Shown: in pieces, positions 46,953 to 56,153 of the stretch
Layout: each line of letters opens with the position of its first letter
How positions within the stretch are numbered: position 1 is the first letter of the stretch
From: a virus
Direction: 5' to 3' (one strand)
Length of the DNA: 64,000 bases
IMG/VR virus record: IMGVR_UViG_3300025322_000015
Coordinates: 8,666-72,665 of that record
Notes under the pieces: generated by a model
What the model was told of the DNA's origin: nothing
Database searches by the model: none
The model's input: only the letters and a program-made list of their open reading frames with translations
Made by a program: the position numbers and the translations under genes

Positions 46953-47563
46953 ATATGTAACCCCGAGTCTGCCATCTCAACAAACTTCATGAATTCAGCC
47001 CTGGCCTCAGGCTCATTCAGGAAATCACCTGATAGATGCGAAGTGTACGTCACCGTCCCCGACTTCTGGACGCCTCGCATCTCCATGCACATATGACGGC
47101 AGCGAATAACCACGCCCACAGCCGCAGGTTGTAGATACTCGTCAAGAGCATCGGCGACTTGTCGGGTCAATCGTTCTTGTACCTGGAACCGCTGCGCAAA
47201 CATATTCACGATGCGCGCGATCTTCGACAGGCCAATAATCTTTCCTCGGGGAATGTAGCCAACGTGTGCTACTCCGAAGAACGGGAGCATATGATGCTCA
47301 CACAAACTGTAGAGCTGAATCTGCCCTTGAAACACAAGACCGTTGTAGCCCTCGGCCCCATCCTCAAACGCCTTTAGGAACGTCGTGGGATCAATATGAT
47401 AACCCTGCGTCAAGGACTGCATGGCCTTCATGTACCGCGCAGGCGTCTCACTAAGACCCGCCCGACGCATCTCATCGGGACCGACGAGGCGCTCCATAAA
47501 ATTCTCGATACAATCAGATCCGAGTACGTGAGGAGTGCCCGCCTGTGGCAGTCGTTGGGTCAT
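46949..47563 (-). CDS. folE: GTP cyclohydrolase I
   Basis: ETPAR, SLCEHHMLPF, GLSK, QERLT, HMCMEMRG. Confidence 0.97.
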   Translation of the reverse strand: MTQRLPQAGTPHVLGSDCIENFMERLVGPDEMRRAGLSETPARYMKAMQSLTQGYHIDPTTFLKAFEDGAEGYNGLVFQGQIQLYSLCEHHMLPFFGVAHVGYIPRGKIIGLSKIARIVNMFAQRFQVQERLTRQVADALDEYLQPAAVGVVIRCRHMCMEMRGVQKSGTVTYTSHLSGDFLNEPEARAEFMKFVEMADSGLHI

Positions 47564-47653
47564 GTAAAAGATCCTGGGAAGTTAGCAATGTAGCAGGACC
47601 AGGATCTTGTCAATCCTGGCCCCAACTCTAAACGAGATGCCCTACAGGTGGGT

Positions 47654-48469
47654 CTACTCGTCGTCCATCTTCGAAGAGAGCGCCTTGCTGAGGCCGCCTT
47701 CTTCCTTCATGATCCGCAGCGTGTGGCGGAAGTCGGCGCGAACGGTCGTGACAGTCATATTACTGATCGTATCGAAACCCTTCTCCTTGAGAGCGTCGGT
47801 GAGGTTCTCGACCGATATCTGCGGGTCGCCGAGCATGATCTTCTTGATGCTCGCCGTGACACCCTGCGCACCCGAGCGCTTGCCGGCCTTGGCTTCGGGC
47901 TTGGCAGCCTTCTTATCGGACTTGGCAGACTTCTCGTCCTTCTTGCCCTTCTTCTTCGGAGCCTCGTCTTCGTCGTCGTCCTCGGTCTCCTCCTCTTCCT
48001 TCTCTTCCTCTTCCTCTTCGTCGTCGTCCTTCGCCTTCTTCTTCGCCGGCTTCTTCTCTTCCTTCGCCGGCTTCTTATCTTCCTTGGCTTTCTCCTTGCC
48101 CTTCTTCTTCGCCGGCTTCTCTTCTTCTTCTTCTTCCTCGCCGTCCTCTTCTTCCTCGGTCTCCTCTTCCTCGTCGTCGTCCTTCTTGGACTTCTTCTTC
48201 GCCGGCTTCTCTTCTTCTTCTTCCTCGCCCTCTTCTTCCTCGTCTTCCTTGTCCTTCGGGAAGTCGGGGATATCCTTCTTCGCCTTGGCCTTCTTGGCCG
48301 CGTCGTTTGCCCACTTCTGCGCCGCCTCGGAAAGCTCAGCCCAGCCGTCATCGTCGAGATCGTCGATGGCCTTGAGAGCCCGAGCGAGATAATCGTCCCG
48401 ACCTTCGCTGGATTTCTGCTTCTTGAGTTTCAGCGCTTTGACGAGTTCGGCTTCGACTTTCGATACCAT
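47654..48469 (-). CDS. block-charged E/K low-complexity protein with small folded termini
   Basis: Repeats of EEEEKPAKKK; helical N- and C-terminal domains. Confidence 0.75.
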   Translation of the reverse strand: MVSKVEAELVKALKLKKQKSSEGRDDYLARALKAIDDLDDDGWAELSEAAQKWANDAAKKAKAKKDIPDFPKDKEDEEEEGEEEEEEKPAKKKSKKDDDEEEETEEEEDGEEEEEEEKPAKKKGKEKAKEDKKPAKEEKKPAKKKAKDDDEEEEEEKEEEETEDDDEDEAPKKKGKKDEKSAKSDKKAAKPEAKAGKRSGAQGVTASIKKIMLGDPQISVENLTDALKEKGFDTISNMTVTTVRADFRHTLRIMKEEGGLSKALSSKMDDE

Positions 48470-48520
48470 AATACTTCACCTTTGTTATTGCTGTTCAATC
48501 AGAACAAACAGTTTTAAACC

Positions 48521-49231
48521 CTAAGCGGCGTAGTGAGTAGGATCAGCGACCCCAGCCAATTCGAATCCTGCGCGGCGTGCCCGACACGTGGGACACTCTC
48601 CGCAATGCATTTCACCTCCTTTATAACAACTCCAAGTGTTGCTCCACCACACACCCAGTTCCTGCCCCTTGCGGATGATATCCGCTTTCGTCAACCATTG
48701 CAAGGGCGTATGCAACCGCACCTGAGAGTAGGTGCCGATGTAGATAGCATTCGCCATCGCACCATTGAACTCAGGCGAACAGTCGGGGTATGCCCAACCT
48801 TGAGCATCTTCGGCGTGAGCACCGTAATACAGAATGTGCTCACCAGAATCCTCGACGGAACTGACGTCTCCGAATTCACCATTCAGGAGACCGCCGTGAA
48901 AGATAGATGCCGCCGCCGAAAGCAGCAATCCGTTTCGATACGGAACATACGTAGGAGAGGTGCCGACAATATCTTTGTAAGAGATACTGGGTACCTCACG
49001 CGACTCGTCGGTCAACATCGTCGAGGGAATGATCGAGCCGATATCGACGACTTTCCGAAGCACGCCGAGCACCTCACAACTGCGATCCGCGTACTCGATT
49101 TCCTTCCGGTGGCGCTGACCATAAGTAAGCGACAAACCGAGTACGTTCGCCGCGCCGTGCTCCTTCGCTGCCATGTACAGAACTGTAGTGCTGTCGATAC
49201 CACCACTCAATAAAACTGCTGCTTTCGACAT
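48521..49231 (-). CDS. queC: 7-cyano-7-deazaguanine synthase
   Basis: SGGIDS, YGQRH, YVPYRN, YPDC, SCY..G..HCGECPTC. Confidence 0.97.
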   Translation of the reverse strand: MSKAAVLLSGGIDSTTVLYMAAKEHGAANVLGLSLTYGQRHRKEIEYADRSCEVLGVLRKVVDIGSIIPSTMLTDESREVPSISYKDIVGTSPTYVPYRNGLLLSAAASIFHGGLLNGEFGDVSSVEDSGEHILYYGAHAEDAQGWAYPDCSPEFNGAMANAIYIGTYSQVRLHTPLQWLTKADIIRKGQELGVWWSNTWSCYKGGEMHCGECPTCRARRAGFELAGVADPTHYAA

Positions 49232-49240
49232 GCTAGACTC

Positions 49241-49846
49241 CTAGTGCGTTGCTTCGAGAAGATATTGCTTTGTCATTCCCAAGAGGTCGAGATTCTCCCC
49301 CTTACCTATGTATCGACGAATGCGAGCGTTTACGGTCTCCCTCGATCCATCAAGTCTGCGTCGAAACGGACGGCGCATCACATCTATTCCATGATCAGAT
49401 ACCAAGAATTGCAGGACTGACCGAATAGGCTCTGAGGCTTCAATTATCGTCCGCTGCACGCTGGAGTCACTGAACAAATCACCTGACTGACCGTTCCGTA
49501 GACAAACCCGATCAAGAAAGGCGTACCACTGCTCTAACGATACATGCTCTCCAGGATGGACTAAGTCGTCCATACGAACTTTTAATTTGTTGTATTCTTT
49601 GTCCTTGTCCCGTGAAGCGACCCATCGAATATGATTCACGAACGTCATCTTGAACAAGCTCATCAGACGTCCATCCTGTGTCAGATCGCCGACGTCTGTA
49701 TACTTGTTTACAACGATCCCCCAACACATATGCCCGTCTTGTATCAGGTCGTTCACGTCATCGTAGATATGACGAACCTTCCAATAATTCTTCCACGCGT
49801 ACCTTTCCAACCATCGCGTTCCCCCTACGTCCAGTTTCACCACCAT
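49241..49846 (-). CDS. putative sigma-factor-like protein
   Basis: DLIQDG...F.M.FVNHI resembles sigma region 2. Confidence 0.45.
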   Translation of the reverse strand: MVVKLDVGGTRWLERYAWKNYWKVRHIYDDVNDLIQDGHMCWGIVVNKYTDVGDLTQDGRLMSLFKMTFVNHIRWVASRDKDKEYNKLKVRMDDLVHPGEHVSLEQWYAFLDRVCLRNGQSGDLFSDSSVQRTIIEASEPIRSVLQFLVSDHGIDVMRRPFRRRLDGSRETVNARIRRYIGKGENLDLLGMTKQYLLEATH

Positions 49847-49935
49847 ACAAACCTCCTACGCCGTACGGAGGCTTAGCTTAAGGGTACTTTTATATTTTGC
49901 AATAGGTAAGGAAGGTACGCTACAGTAGGGCGTTA

Positions 49936-50436
49936 CTATAGCGGTTGGAAGTGCCTCTTGTTGAAGCAAACCGCTGAATTGCCGCCGTGCTCTGCGACTT
50001 CAACAGAGATAAGGAAACAGCGAGGACTGTAGCCAACGTCGACAAGCCACTGCTCAGCGTGCTCAAGAATCAGCACGGAGACGGCTTCGCAGCCAACAGC
50101 AGGAAGTACCCGAATACAAAGAAGGCCACGACGGTCAGCCTCTTGTAGGAATGCCAACTGAGGATCATCCGCAGCCACGAGACACGTGTGATCGAACATG
50201 TCTTCCAGGTAGGCCTTAAGGGGCTTCAGACTGCCAAAGTCAACTACCCAGTTGTTATCGTCAAGCTCGGAGGCGCCGAACGTGAACTTTACTTTTAGAG
50301 GGTAGCCATGCAAATACCGACAATGGGAGTTGGCCCGCCATTGTCGGAAGCAGCAGGAGAGTCCTGCTTCATGCATATACGTTTTTGTGGAGATGTGACC
50401 GCGGTTCGGGTCTGGCGGGATATTTGACATACGCAA
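49936..50436 (-). CDS. queD: 6-carboxytetrahydropterin synthase
   Basis: CRYLHGY, VDFG, FDH, VEVAE. Confidence 0.9.
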   Translation of the reverse strand: MRMSNIPPDPNRGHISTKTYMHEAGLSCCFRQWRANSHCRYLHGYPLKVKFTFGASELDDNNWVVDFGSLKPLKAYLEDMFDHTCLVAADDPQLAFLQEADRRGLLCIRVLPAVGCEAVSVLILEHAEQWLVDVGYSPRCFLISVEVAEHGGNSAVCFNKRHFQPL

Positions 50437-50531
50437 GCCTTGTTGTCATTACTTATTACTTTGGGGGTTTCTCGATAAACGGGACCCCCAGCTCCGCCAC
50501 AGGAGAACCATGATGTGCTTCATGGTTATGC

Positions 50532-51551
50532 CTATCGAGATAAGGCAAACACTTTCAGGAAATCTGTTTTAGACAGTTCTCCCGGATCCTTTACACCTTC
50601 TGGCAGATGTAGGACCTCAATATCAGCAGATGCAAGAACCCAGTCAAATTCGGTCTTCAGCGTAAGAGATTTCGAAAGGGTTCCTGCATCCAGTAGTAAA
50701 CATCTTCTCTTGTATTTCGGTAGCAGTCTGTACAGTAGTCCTATTTGCCGATGTGACGGCTGGGCGGTGAAAAAGCATGTTGCGATTAGAGCATGGCGGT
50801 CTCCTAACACTCTCAGCCTTAGCGCATCAAACGGACCCTCTACGATCACCAAGGTCTCGAAGGTTCCTGCACTTGCTTCATCATACCACAACAGGAAATC
50901 ACTAATGTTGCCTGCTGCGTATTCTTGCCCGAGCACACTAGCACGATCGGGATCGACGGTCAATGTTTTATAGCGCAAAGTGTCAGACTGAAATATAGAT
51001 CTCCCTGTCCAGGTAACAAGCTTTCCTTCATAAAAAATGGGGAACATGATCCGTCCTCGAAATGGACCATGTTTACAATACCGGATCCCGTACTTAGCCG
51101 TCAGGGAGTCGATCTTCTTGTTGGAATACCCACGCCGTAGCAGGTACGATCGGTAGTACCGCTCACCAGGTTTATTGGAAAACGGAAGAAATTCTTCAGG
51201 CATTTTTAGGCTACGCAAAGGCGCAGGGTCTGGAACGGACGTCGACAGCAACGCTTCCACGCTCCCTAAGAGATCACCCGGTAGACTCGCGGACTCGCCG
51301 GCAAGACGCTGGGCTTGCTCCCATGAGCAACCGAGAAGCAATTGAACCAGACGCGCCACGCTCGTGCCGCGATGCGCATGGTCTCGCCAGCAGCCCCACC
51401 AGGGCCCCACGAGAGAGATGCCTAAGTGGTGCGAGGGATCCCCCGCACCACAAAGGGGACAATGAACGTTGATATTATTCCGAGCAACGTTAGGACCGGT
51501 GGTGATATACTCAATCCCGTTCCGGTCCAAAAAATCTGGCCAATCAAACAT
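50532..51551 (-). CDS. DNA primase (Zn finger + TOPRIM)
   Basis: CPLC...H...GCW, VEGPFDA, LLDAG, KDPGE. Confidence 0.85.
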   Translation of the reverse strand: MFDWPDFLDRNGIEYITTGPNVARNNINVHCPLCGAGDPSHHLGISLVGPWWGCWRDHAHRGTSVARLVQLLLGCSWEQAQRLAGESASLPGDLLGSVEALLSTSVPDPAPLRSLKMPEEFLPFSNKPGERYYRSYLLRRGYSNKKIDSLTAKYGIRYCKHGPFRGRIMFPIFYEGKLVTWTGRSIFQSDTLRYKTLTVDPDRASVLGQEYAAGNISDFLLWYDEASAGTFETLVIVEGPFDALRLRVLGDRHALIATCFFTAQPSHRQIGLLYRLLPKYKRRCLLLDAGTLSKSLTLKTEFDWVLASADIEVLHLPEGVKDPGELSKTDFLKVFALSR

Positions 51552-51552
51552 G

Positions 51553-52200
51553 CTACTTCTTCACCAGGTCCTTGACTTCGATCTCCGAAAGATCGGGTAT
51601 TTCATCGTTCATGTTCATCAACCAATATGCGTCGTCTTCAAGGTCGCTGACATCCTTAAACGCCAGCCTGGTGAGGTTGCGATAGAAGGCGCCCATGATC
51701 CCGTAGTTGGCGATGCCGACGGAAGGATCACTCATCTGGTACAGCTCATGCCCTTGCGGAACAAAGGCGATACGAGTTAGTGCTGCGGGCGGGATACGGC
51801 CGAAATACGTACAGGTCCCCATATGCTGAACAGATGCGGGAGCATGCTGCTTGAACTCGACAAGGGCTCGCTTGCGGAACCATAGAGTACGCTCTTTCAT
51901 ATCCTTTCCGCAGTTCGAGTACTTCGGATCTTTTCGAGTTGCTTGCTCGAGGAAATCCTCATCGGGAGCGAGTAAATCGAATGACAAAAGTTCTGTGTCT
52001 ACCTCGAGCAGCGCGAGGCGTTCTTCCCTCCGCACGCACGCCTTAGCGAAGTGAATGGGATACGCTGTAGTGAGGTATACAGCACGACTATTCGAGGTAA
52101 CAGTGTTCTGCCAATTACCTTTGCGATTGCCGCGAGGCGTAATGCCGTTCCGAAGAATCGACTCCACGTACCGCTCACTTGTTCCATGATAGAGTTTCAT
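51553..52200 (-). CDS. ART-superfamily protein (H-Y clade, Tpt1/PARP-like)
   Basis: LYHGTS...GI.P...VYLT; start taken at MKLYHGT. Confidence 0.55.
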   Translation of the reverse strand: MKLYHGTSERYVESILRNGITPRGNRKGNWQNTVTSNSRAVYLTTAYPIHFAKACVRREERLALLEVDTELLSFDLLAPDEDFLEQATRKDPKYSNCGKDMKERTLWFRKRALVEFKQHAPASVQHMGTCTYFGRIPPAALTRIAFVPQGHELYQMSDPSVGIANYGIMGAFYRNLTRLAFKDVSDLEDDAYWLMNMNDEIPDLSEIEVKDLVKK

Positions 52201-52202
52201 TC

Positions 52203-52649
52203 TCAAACTCCGTCTTTGTCTGAATCGTCGGAGTGCTCGGCACGATCCCAACCGTTCTGCCAAGCTCGATCGAGAGTCGAACCTAACTCATACGGCCGCC
52301 CAGACATGCGCGCAGTATCTCCTTCGAGGAACGCGGAGTATCCTTCGAGGTCGGCCGCGTCGATATCATCTTGAGTCACGATGCCGTCCGGCTTTGGTTT
52401 GTCGAACGTAGGCATCGATCCCGTAGGTTTGAGATCACGGTGGACATACCCAGAGTGGCGCGGGCGAGGGTCTCCGTAAGGCTGGTACGTACAGGCGGTG
52501 GGTGTCCGATCGAGATAGGTATCCGTGCCGGGCACTTTCGGAGCGCTGGGAACCTCCCGCATAACTATAGATGTCGCCTCCGCCAGCTGAAGCACATTGC
52601 CGAGAAAGGGCCGTGTCGGAAATTTAACTGTAACTTCCCAGTCCATCAT
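52203..52649 (-). CDS. protein with a C-terminal ribosome-modulation-factor-like motif
   Basis: EGYSAFLEG...PY......AWQNGW. Confidence 0.5.
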   Translation of the reverse strand: MMDWEVTVKFPTRPFLGNVLQLAEATSIVMREVPSAPKVPGTDTYLDRTPTACTYQPYGDPRPRHSGYVHRDLKPTGSMPTFDKPKPDGIVTQDDIDAADLEGYSAFLEGDTARMSGRPYELGSTLDRAWQNGWDRAEHSDDSDKDGV

Positions 52650-52698
52650 CTTCTCCTGTGTTGAGAAGCGGAGGCGTTGCCGCCCCCGCAGTGCTGTT

Positions 52699-53676
52699 CT
52701 AGCGCTTTACCAACTCGAGGGCAATCTCGAATGCCTTCCGTTTGATATCGCCCGTGTAGCCGAACCAAGCCGAAGTCAGACCGTTATCACGAGTCCGACC
52801 CATGTCGTGGTCGATGACGTACGTGACGGCGTTCAGAGCTCCCCACAGCGTGCCCTTGCAGGACTTGAAATCCTGGCCGGGAGCGGACTCGAGAGCCTCG
52901 TTGAACTTATTCAACATGCTGGGTAGACGTACCGTTCCGTCTTTCCGCAGCTTGGCAGTTTCTGGATCGAACTTCAAAATCGTGTTGAAGTATGAATCGA
53001 GGGCCTCCTGCTTGAGCTTCGTCTTGGCGAACAACTTAGTCGCCTCCTCAAACTCCGCAGACTGCGTCAACGCAATCCCGAGGGCCTTCTCCGCAGCAGC
53101 CCTAGAGACCTCATCGAAATCGATCGAGTGCGGGATATTGAAAGTCAGCCCCCGAGTATTCCTCCCCGTAAGGTTGGCTCCGAGTGCAAAGTTCAACGTG
53201 TTCCAGCACACCACACGCACGCCTGTAAATTTGATCGAGCGGCTGTACCCGTAGATGTGCGGGTTGCAGAAGAGTAGATACGTACGAACCTCGTCGTCCT
53301 TGCCGATGACAAAATCCCGCTTGACGCGAGCCAGACACCAGACATACTGGCCACCATGTAGTGAGCCGGCCGTCTCGAGTTCCATATTCCCCGCTTCCAC
53401 GAACTTGTGAAAGAATCCGAGGACTTCGTAATTCTGAGTCACCTTGTAGGTGGAACCGACGATCGAGATGATCTTCTTGTCCGTGTCGCGCACAATAGCG
53501 CGCATCTTCGGAACCTCGGTATTATCACCAAGGTAAAGCTTCTCCTTGGTCACCAGCCAATCGAGACCGGAGAGCTTTAACATCTCGTCGGTGCTGACAC
53601 CGGGAGGAATTTCTGTGCCGAGGCCGTGCCAGGGGGTTTCACCCGCGTACGCCATTGTTTCTACATGATCAGCCAT
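52699..53676 (-). CDS. DUF932/DUF945-family protein
   Basis: PWHGLG, AGSL.GG..VW, VRVVCWNT, GTLWGALNAVT. Confidence 0.88.
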   Translation of the reverse strand: MADHVETMAYAGETPWHGLGTEIPPGVSTDEMLKLSGLDWLVTKEKLYLGDNTEVPKMRAIVRDTDKKIISIVGSTYKVTQNYEVLGFFHKFVEAGNMELETAGSLHGGQYVWCLARVKRDFVIGKDDEVRTYLLFCNPHIYGYSRSIKFTGVRVVCWNTLNFALGANLTGRNTRGLTFNIPHSIDFDEVSRAAAEKALGIALTQSAEFEEATKLFAKTKLKQEALDSYFNTILKFDPETAKLRKDGTVRLPSMLNKFNEALESAPGQDFKSCKGTLWGALNAVTYVIDHDMGRTRDNGLTSAWFGYTGDIKRKAFEIALELVKR

Positions 53677-53700
53677 TGTAGTCTCCTGTGGTGGGAAGGG

Positions 53701-53720
53701 GCGGAGGATTTCTCCCCCGC
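53701..53720 (-). promoter_or_regulatory. GC hairpin with GAAA loop upstream of the SD
   Basis: GCGGGGGA-GAAA-TCCTCCGC; near-identical to 55575-55594. Confidence 0.6.
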
Positions 53721-53727
53721 GCAAGTG

Positions 53728-53910
53728 TTACTTCGCTTCGACAACTTCGTAGGTAAACGTCCTTGGACCGCTTCCGGTCAGGCGAACAGCCATGGCGTCC
53801 ACCTTCTCCTTATCATTACCAATGCGGCCGAGAATACGAGGCAGCGTAGTACGGAGGTCAGTAACTTCACCGGTGGCCGTGCGCGTCTCTAGAATCGTGT
53901 ATCTAGTCAT
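53728..53910 (-). CDS. early hypothetical protein
   Basis: CACAGGAGAAG SD. Confidence 0.75.
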   Translation of the reverse strand: MTRYTILETRTATGEVTDLRTTLPRILGRIGNDKEKVDAMAVRLTGSGPRTFTYEVVEAK

Positions 53911-53947
53911 CTTCTTCTCCTGTGATTAGGAAGGGGAAAGGTGGGGG

Positions 53948-54190
53948 TTATTCCCCCACCACCACAAGTCCGAAAGCTGATTTGGGATCGTTGTCTTCTG
54001 GGCGGTAAAGACCTTTCTTGGTTAGGCTTGACAAGACTCCTGACCAAGTGCGGCGAGGCATTTCAACTTTTGCTGACGCGTTGTCGATATAAACCGATTT
54101 CCAGATCTTTCCGGCTTGGCTGATTTCTCCGCCTTCGACGTTGGAGCGGAGGGAGGCAAGGGCTTTCGTTTCGAGATCCGTGAGCTTCAT
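53948..54190 (-). CDS. early hypothetical protein, possibly winged helix
   Basis: CACAGGAGAAG SD; GVLSSLTKKGLY. Confidence 0.75.
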   Translation of the reverse strand: MKLTDLETKALASLRSNVEGGEISQAGKIWKSVYIDNASAKVEMPRRTWSGVLSSLTKKGLYRPEDNDPKSAFGLVVVGE

Positions 54191-54226
54191 CTTCTTCTCC
54201 TGTGTGTCGTCTTCGTCTGCCTATGC

Positions 54227-54259
54227 ATTATGTGTAAGGCATAGACTCTACCTACGCAA
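54227..54259 (-). promoter_or_regulatory. phage early promoter copy 1
   Basis: TTGCGT-N17-TACACATAAT. Confidence 0.8.
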
Positions 54260-54279
54260 TGGAAAAAATTAGTTCAAAC

Positions 54280-54305
54280 AAAAAAAAAGCGGGGACCAGC
54301 CCCGC
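54280..54305 (-). terminator. intrinsic terminator
   Basis: GCGGGG/CCCCGC stem plus T9. Confidence 0.8.
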
Positions 54306-54308
54306 CTC

Positions 54309-54536
54309 TCATTCTCCAATATCACTGTAAAGCTGCTCTAGGTGAAGCGCCAGGAGGAACTTCCGGCGCCGCATGCGAGCCGCACTCATCTTCGCATGCT
54401 TCTTGCTCTTGGGGGAACCGACAGGCTCACCTCCGCAATCGGGATACACCTTACCCTCGACAACCTTGTAGCAGCCGCGACCCCAAATCTCTCCGTTGAT
54501 ACGACGGCCCTTCTGATCGTGCTTGGAGCGGCTCAT
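54309..54536 (-). CDS. small basic early protein
   Basis: AAGGAG SD. Confidence 0.65.
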   Translation of the reverse strand: MSRSKHDQKGRRINGEIWGRGCYKVVEGKVYPDCGGEPVGSPKSKKHAKMSAARMRRRKFLLALHLEQLYSDIGE

Positions 54537-54549
54537 TGTATTCTCCTTT

Positions 54550-54744
54550 CTACGTGTATTTACCAAACAGGCCCTTAGCTTCAAAAACTTTCTTTTGGGC
54601 ACTTTGAAAAGCTATGCCAGTACTCCTCGCATCTTCTTCGTATTCAAGGCTGTGGAGGATCTGTGCGAGGACTTGAAGTTCCGCTTCCGTAAACTTCACG
54701 GTCGCAATCTTCTTCCTCGTTGTCGCATTCTTGACTGCCATCAT
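54550..54744 (-). CDS. early hypothetical protein
   Basis: CAGGAG SD. Confidence 0.65.
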   Translation of the reverse strand: MMAVKNATTRKKIATVKFTEAELQVLAQILHSLEYEEDARSTGIAFQSAQKKVFEAKGLFGKYT

Positions 54745-54798
54745 TCTTCTCCTGAATAGGTGTGGAAAGTCTCCTCCCCACACCTTAGCTACAACTGG

Positions 54799-55557
54799 CT
54801 ACGTCAGCAGATTACTGGTGTTGCCCCCTCCGCCGATCTGAGTGTCCAGGCCGATCGAATCGCCAGCGACTCGACCAGCTCGCAGCCCAGCAGCATCGTA
54901 CATCTGCTTCTTTGTCTTCCCCGGGCTCAGAGACATCTGACTTTCCAGGAAAGCTCGGATCTCAGAGTCGGCCCGATCGTAGAGGCTCGCGAGGGCCGGA
55001 AGATTACCACCGGAAGTCGTCGGAGCCGTGACAGCCTGAATCTTCGCCATGACACGATCGGCAACTCGATGCGCAGCCGCCGTCTTGAATGCTGTCATGA
55101 AGCTCCAATACTTCTTCTTGTCCTCGATCTGGTCAGCAGCCTCCTTCGCGAGACGGTCGATCGTAGCAACAATGTAATCGAACATCATATTCGCGATATC
55201 AAGGTTGTGCTCCTCACCGGCGAAGCAATGCCGCTCGCGCTTGTACATATTCTTGCCCTTCGACTGAACGTGAACCACGCTGTAGAAGTATTTGCAGAAA
55301 TACATCTTCCCAACTGCGACACCGATCTGCCGTTTGTGCGCGAACACGTCGCCTACCTTGCCCTGCGTGATCTTGAACTTCGCTGCCGACGTCGCGTCGG
55401 TAACGTCCTTGATAGACAGGTTGTGCTTCGCGAGCAGCGCCTGCACCTTGTCCATCGCAGCGGCAGCTTCATTCTCGTTTGGGGAAGCGGCCAGCGCGAT
55501 CAGGGCCCGGATCTTCTCCTGGATCGTCATCTTCGTTTTCGGCTTGGTCATTTTCAT
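54799..55557 (-). CDS. DUF2786-domain protein
   Basis: EKIRALIALA.S.NENEAAAA..K...LLAKHNL. Confidence 0.85.
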   Translation of the reverse strand: MKMTKPKTKMTIQEKIRALIALAASPNENEAAAAMDKVQALLAKHNLSIKDVTDATSAAKFKITQGKVGDVFAHKRQIGVAVGKMYFCKYFYSVVHVQSKGKNMYKRERHCFAGEEHNLDIANMMFDYIVATIDRLAKEAADQIEDKKKYWSFMTAFKTAAAHRVADRVMAKIQAVTAPTTSGGNLPALASLYDRADSEIRAFLESQMSLSPGKTKKQMYDAAGLRAGRVAGDSIGLDTQIGGGGNTSNLLT

Positions 55558-55574
55558 TCTCCTGTGTGGGTGGT

Positions 55575-55594
55575 GCGGGGGATTTCTCCCCCGC
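55575..55594 (-). promoter_or_regulatory. GC hairpin with GAAA loop upstream of the SD
   Basis: GCGGGGGA-GAAA-TCCCCCGC. Confidence 0.6.
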
Positions 55595-55601
55595 TAGTAG
55601 A

Positions 55602-55829
55602 TTAAACCGTGATGCCGTTGTAGTGATCAAGCGCGTTCTGGAGAACATCCTCCCCATACGATGCTACGAGGGTTGTCTTCGCCGTGGCATTGGACCGCCG
55701 TGTAATCTCGAACGCGAGCCGGTGCGCAGTGAATACCAACAGATACCGATACTGTTTGTTGCCTTTGGATGCGATCTCAATCGGACGATCAAGAACATCT
55801 TTGACGTGTGCTGGGGTAACCTGAATCAT
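55602..55829 (-). CDS. early hypothetical protein
   Basis: CACAGGAG SD. Confidence 0.75.
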   Translation of the reverse strand: MIQVTPAHVKDVLDRPIEIASKGNKQYRYLLVFTAHRLAFEITRRSNATAKTTLVASYGEDVLQNALDHYNGITV

Positions 55830-55864
55830 CTTCGTCTCCTGTGATGTGTTTCGTCTACCTATGC

Positions 55865-55897
55865 ATTATGTGTAAGGTAAAGCGATTACTAACGCAA
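55865..55897 (-). promoter_or_regulatory. phage early promoter copy 2
   Basis: TTGCGT-N17-TACACATAAT. Confidence 0.8.
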
Positions 55898-55916
55898 TGC
55901 AGAAATTGTCTGAGCC

Positions 55917-56144
55917 CTAAGAAACTTTCCGGTACTTGTTAACAGCGCGTCCTTGCACAAACCTACGCACAGCAGCAACCATATTACGTTCATTTCTTGG
56001 GCCCGGTTGACTCCTACCGAAATAGGTGACAATCTCACCCCCGACAACAATAGCGTCATGGTTGGTTCGCTGCCGCACGTGCCAATCAAGGCCGCTGCGA
56101 TCCAGCTCTGTAGCCACTGAGTCTGGTAGTCCTGGATACCGCAT
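55917..56144 (-). CDS. small protein, weakly HicA-like
   Basis: W.V...NH..I.V.G...RNERNMVAAVRR; AGGAG SD. Confidence 0.4.
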   Translation of the reverse strand: MRYPGLPDSVATELDRSGLDWHVRQRTNHDAIVVGGEIVTYFGRSQPGPRNERNMVAAVRRFVQGRAVNKYRKVS

Positions 56145-56153
56145 TTCAATCTC

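Noticed and set aside
47607-48517. Plus-strand and alternate-frame ORFs over the E/K-rich gene
   Set aside because: Same low-complexity shadow effect
50437-50531. preQ1 riboswitch or small ORFs upstream of queD, including a plus-strand CACAGGAGA-ATG
   Set aside because: No preQ1 aptamer consensus recognised; the 20-24-aa ORFs lack support
54760-55605. 281-aa plus-strand ORF
   Set aside because: Shadow of the DUF2786 gene
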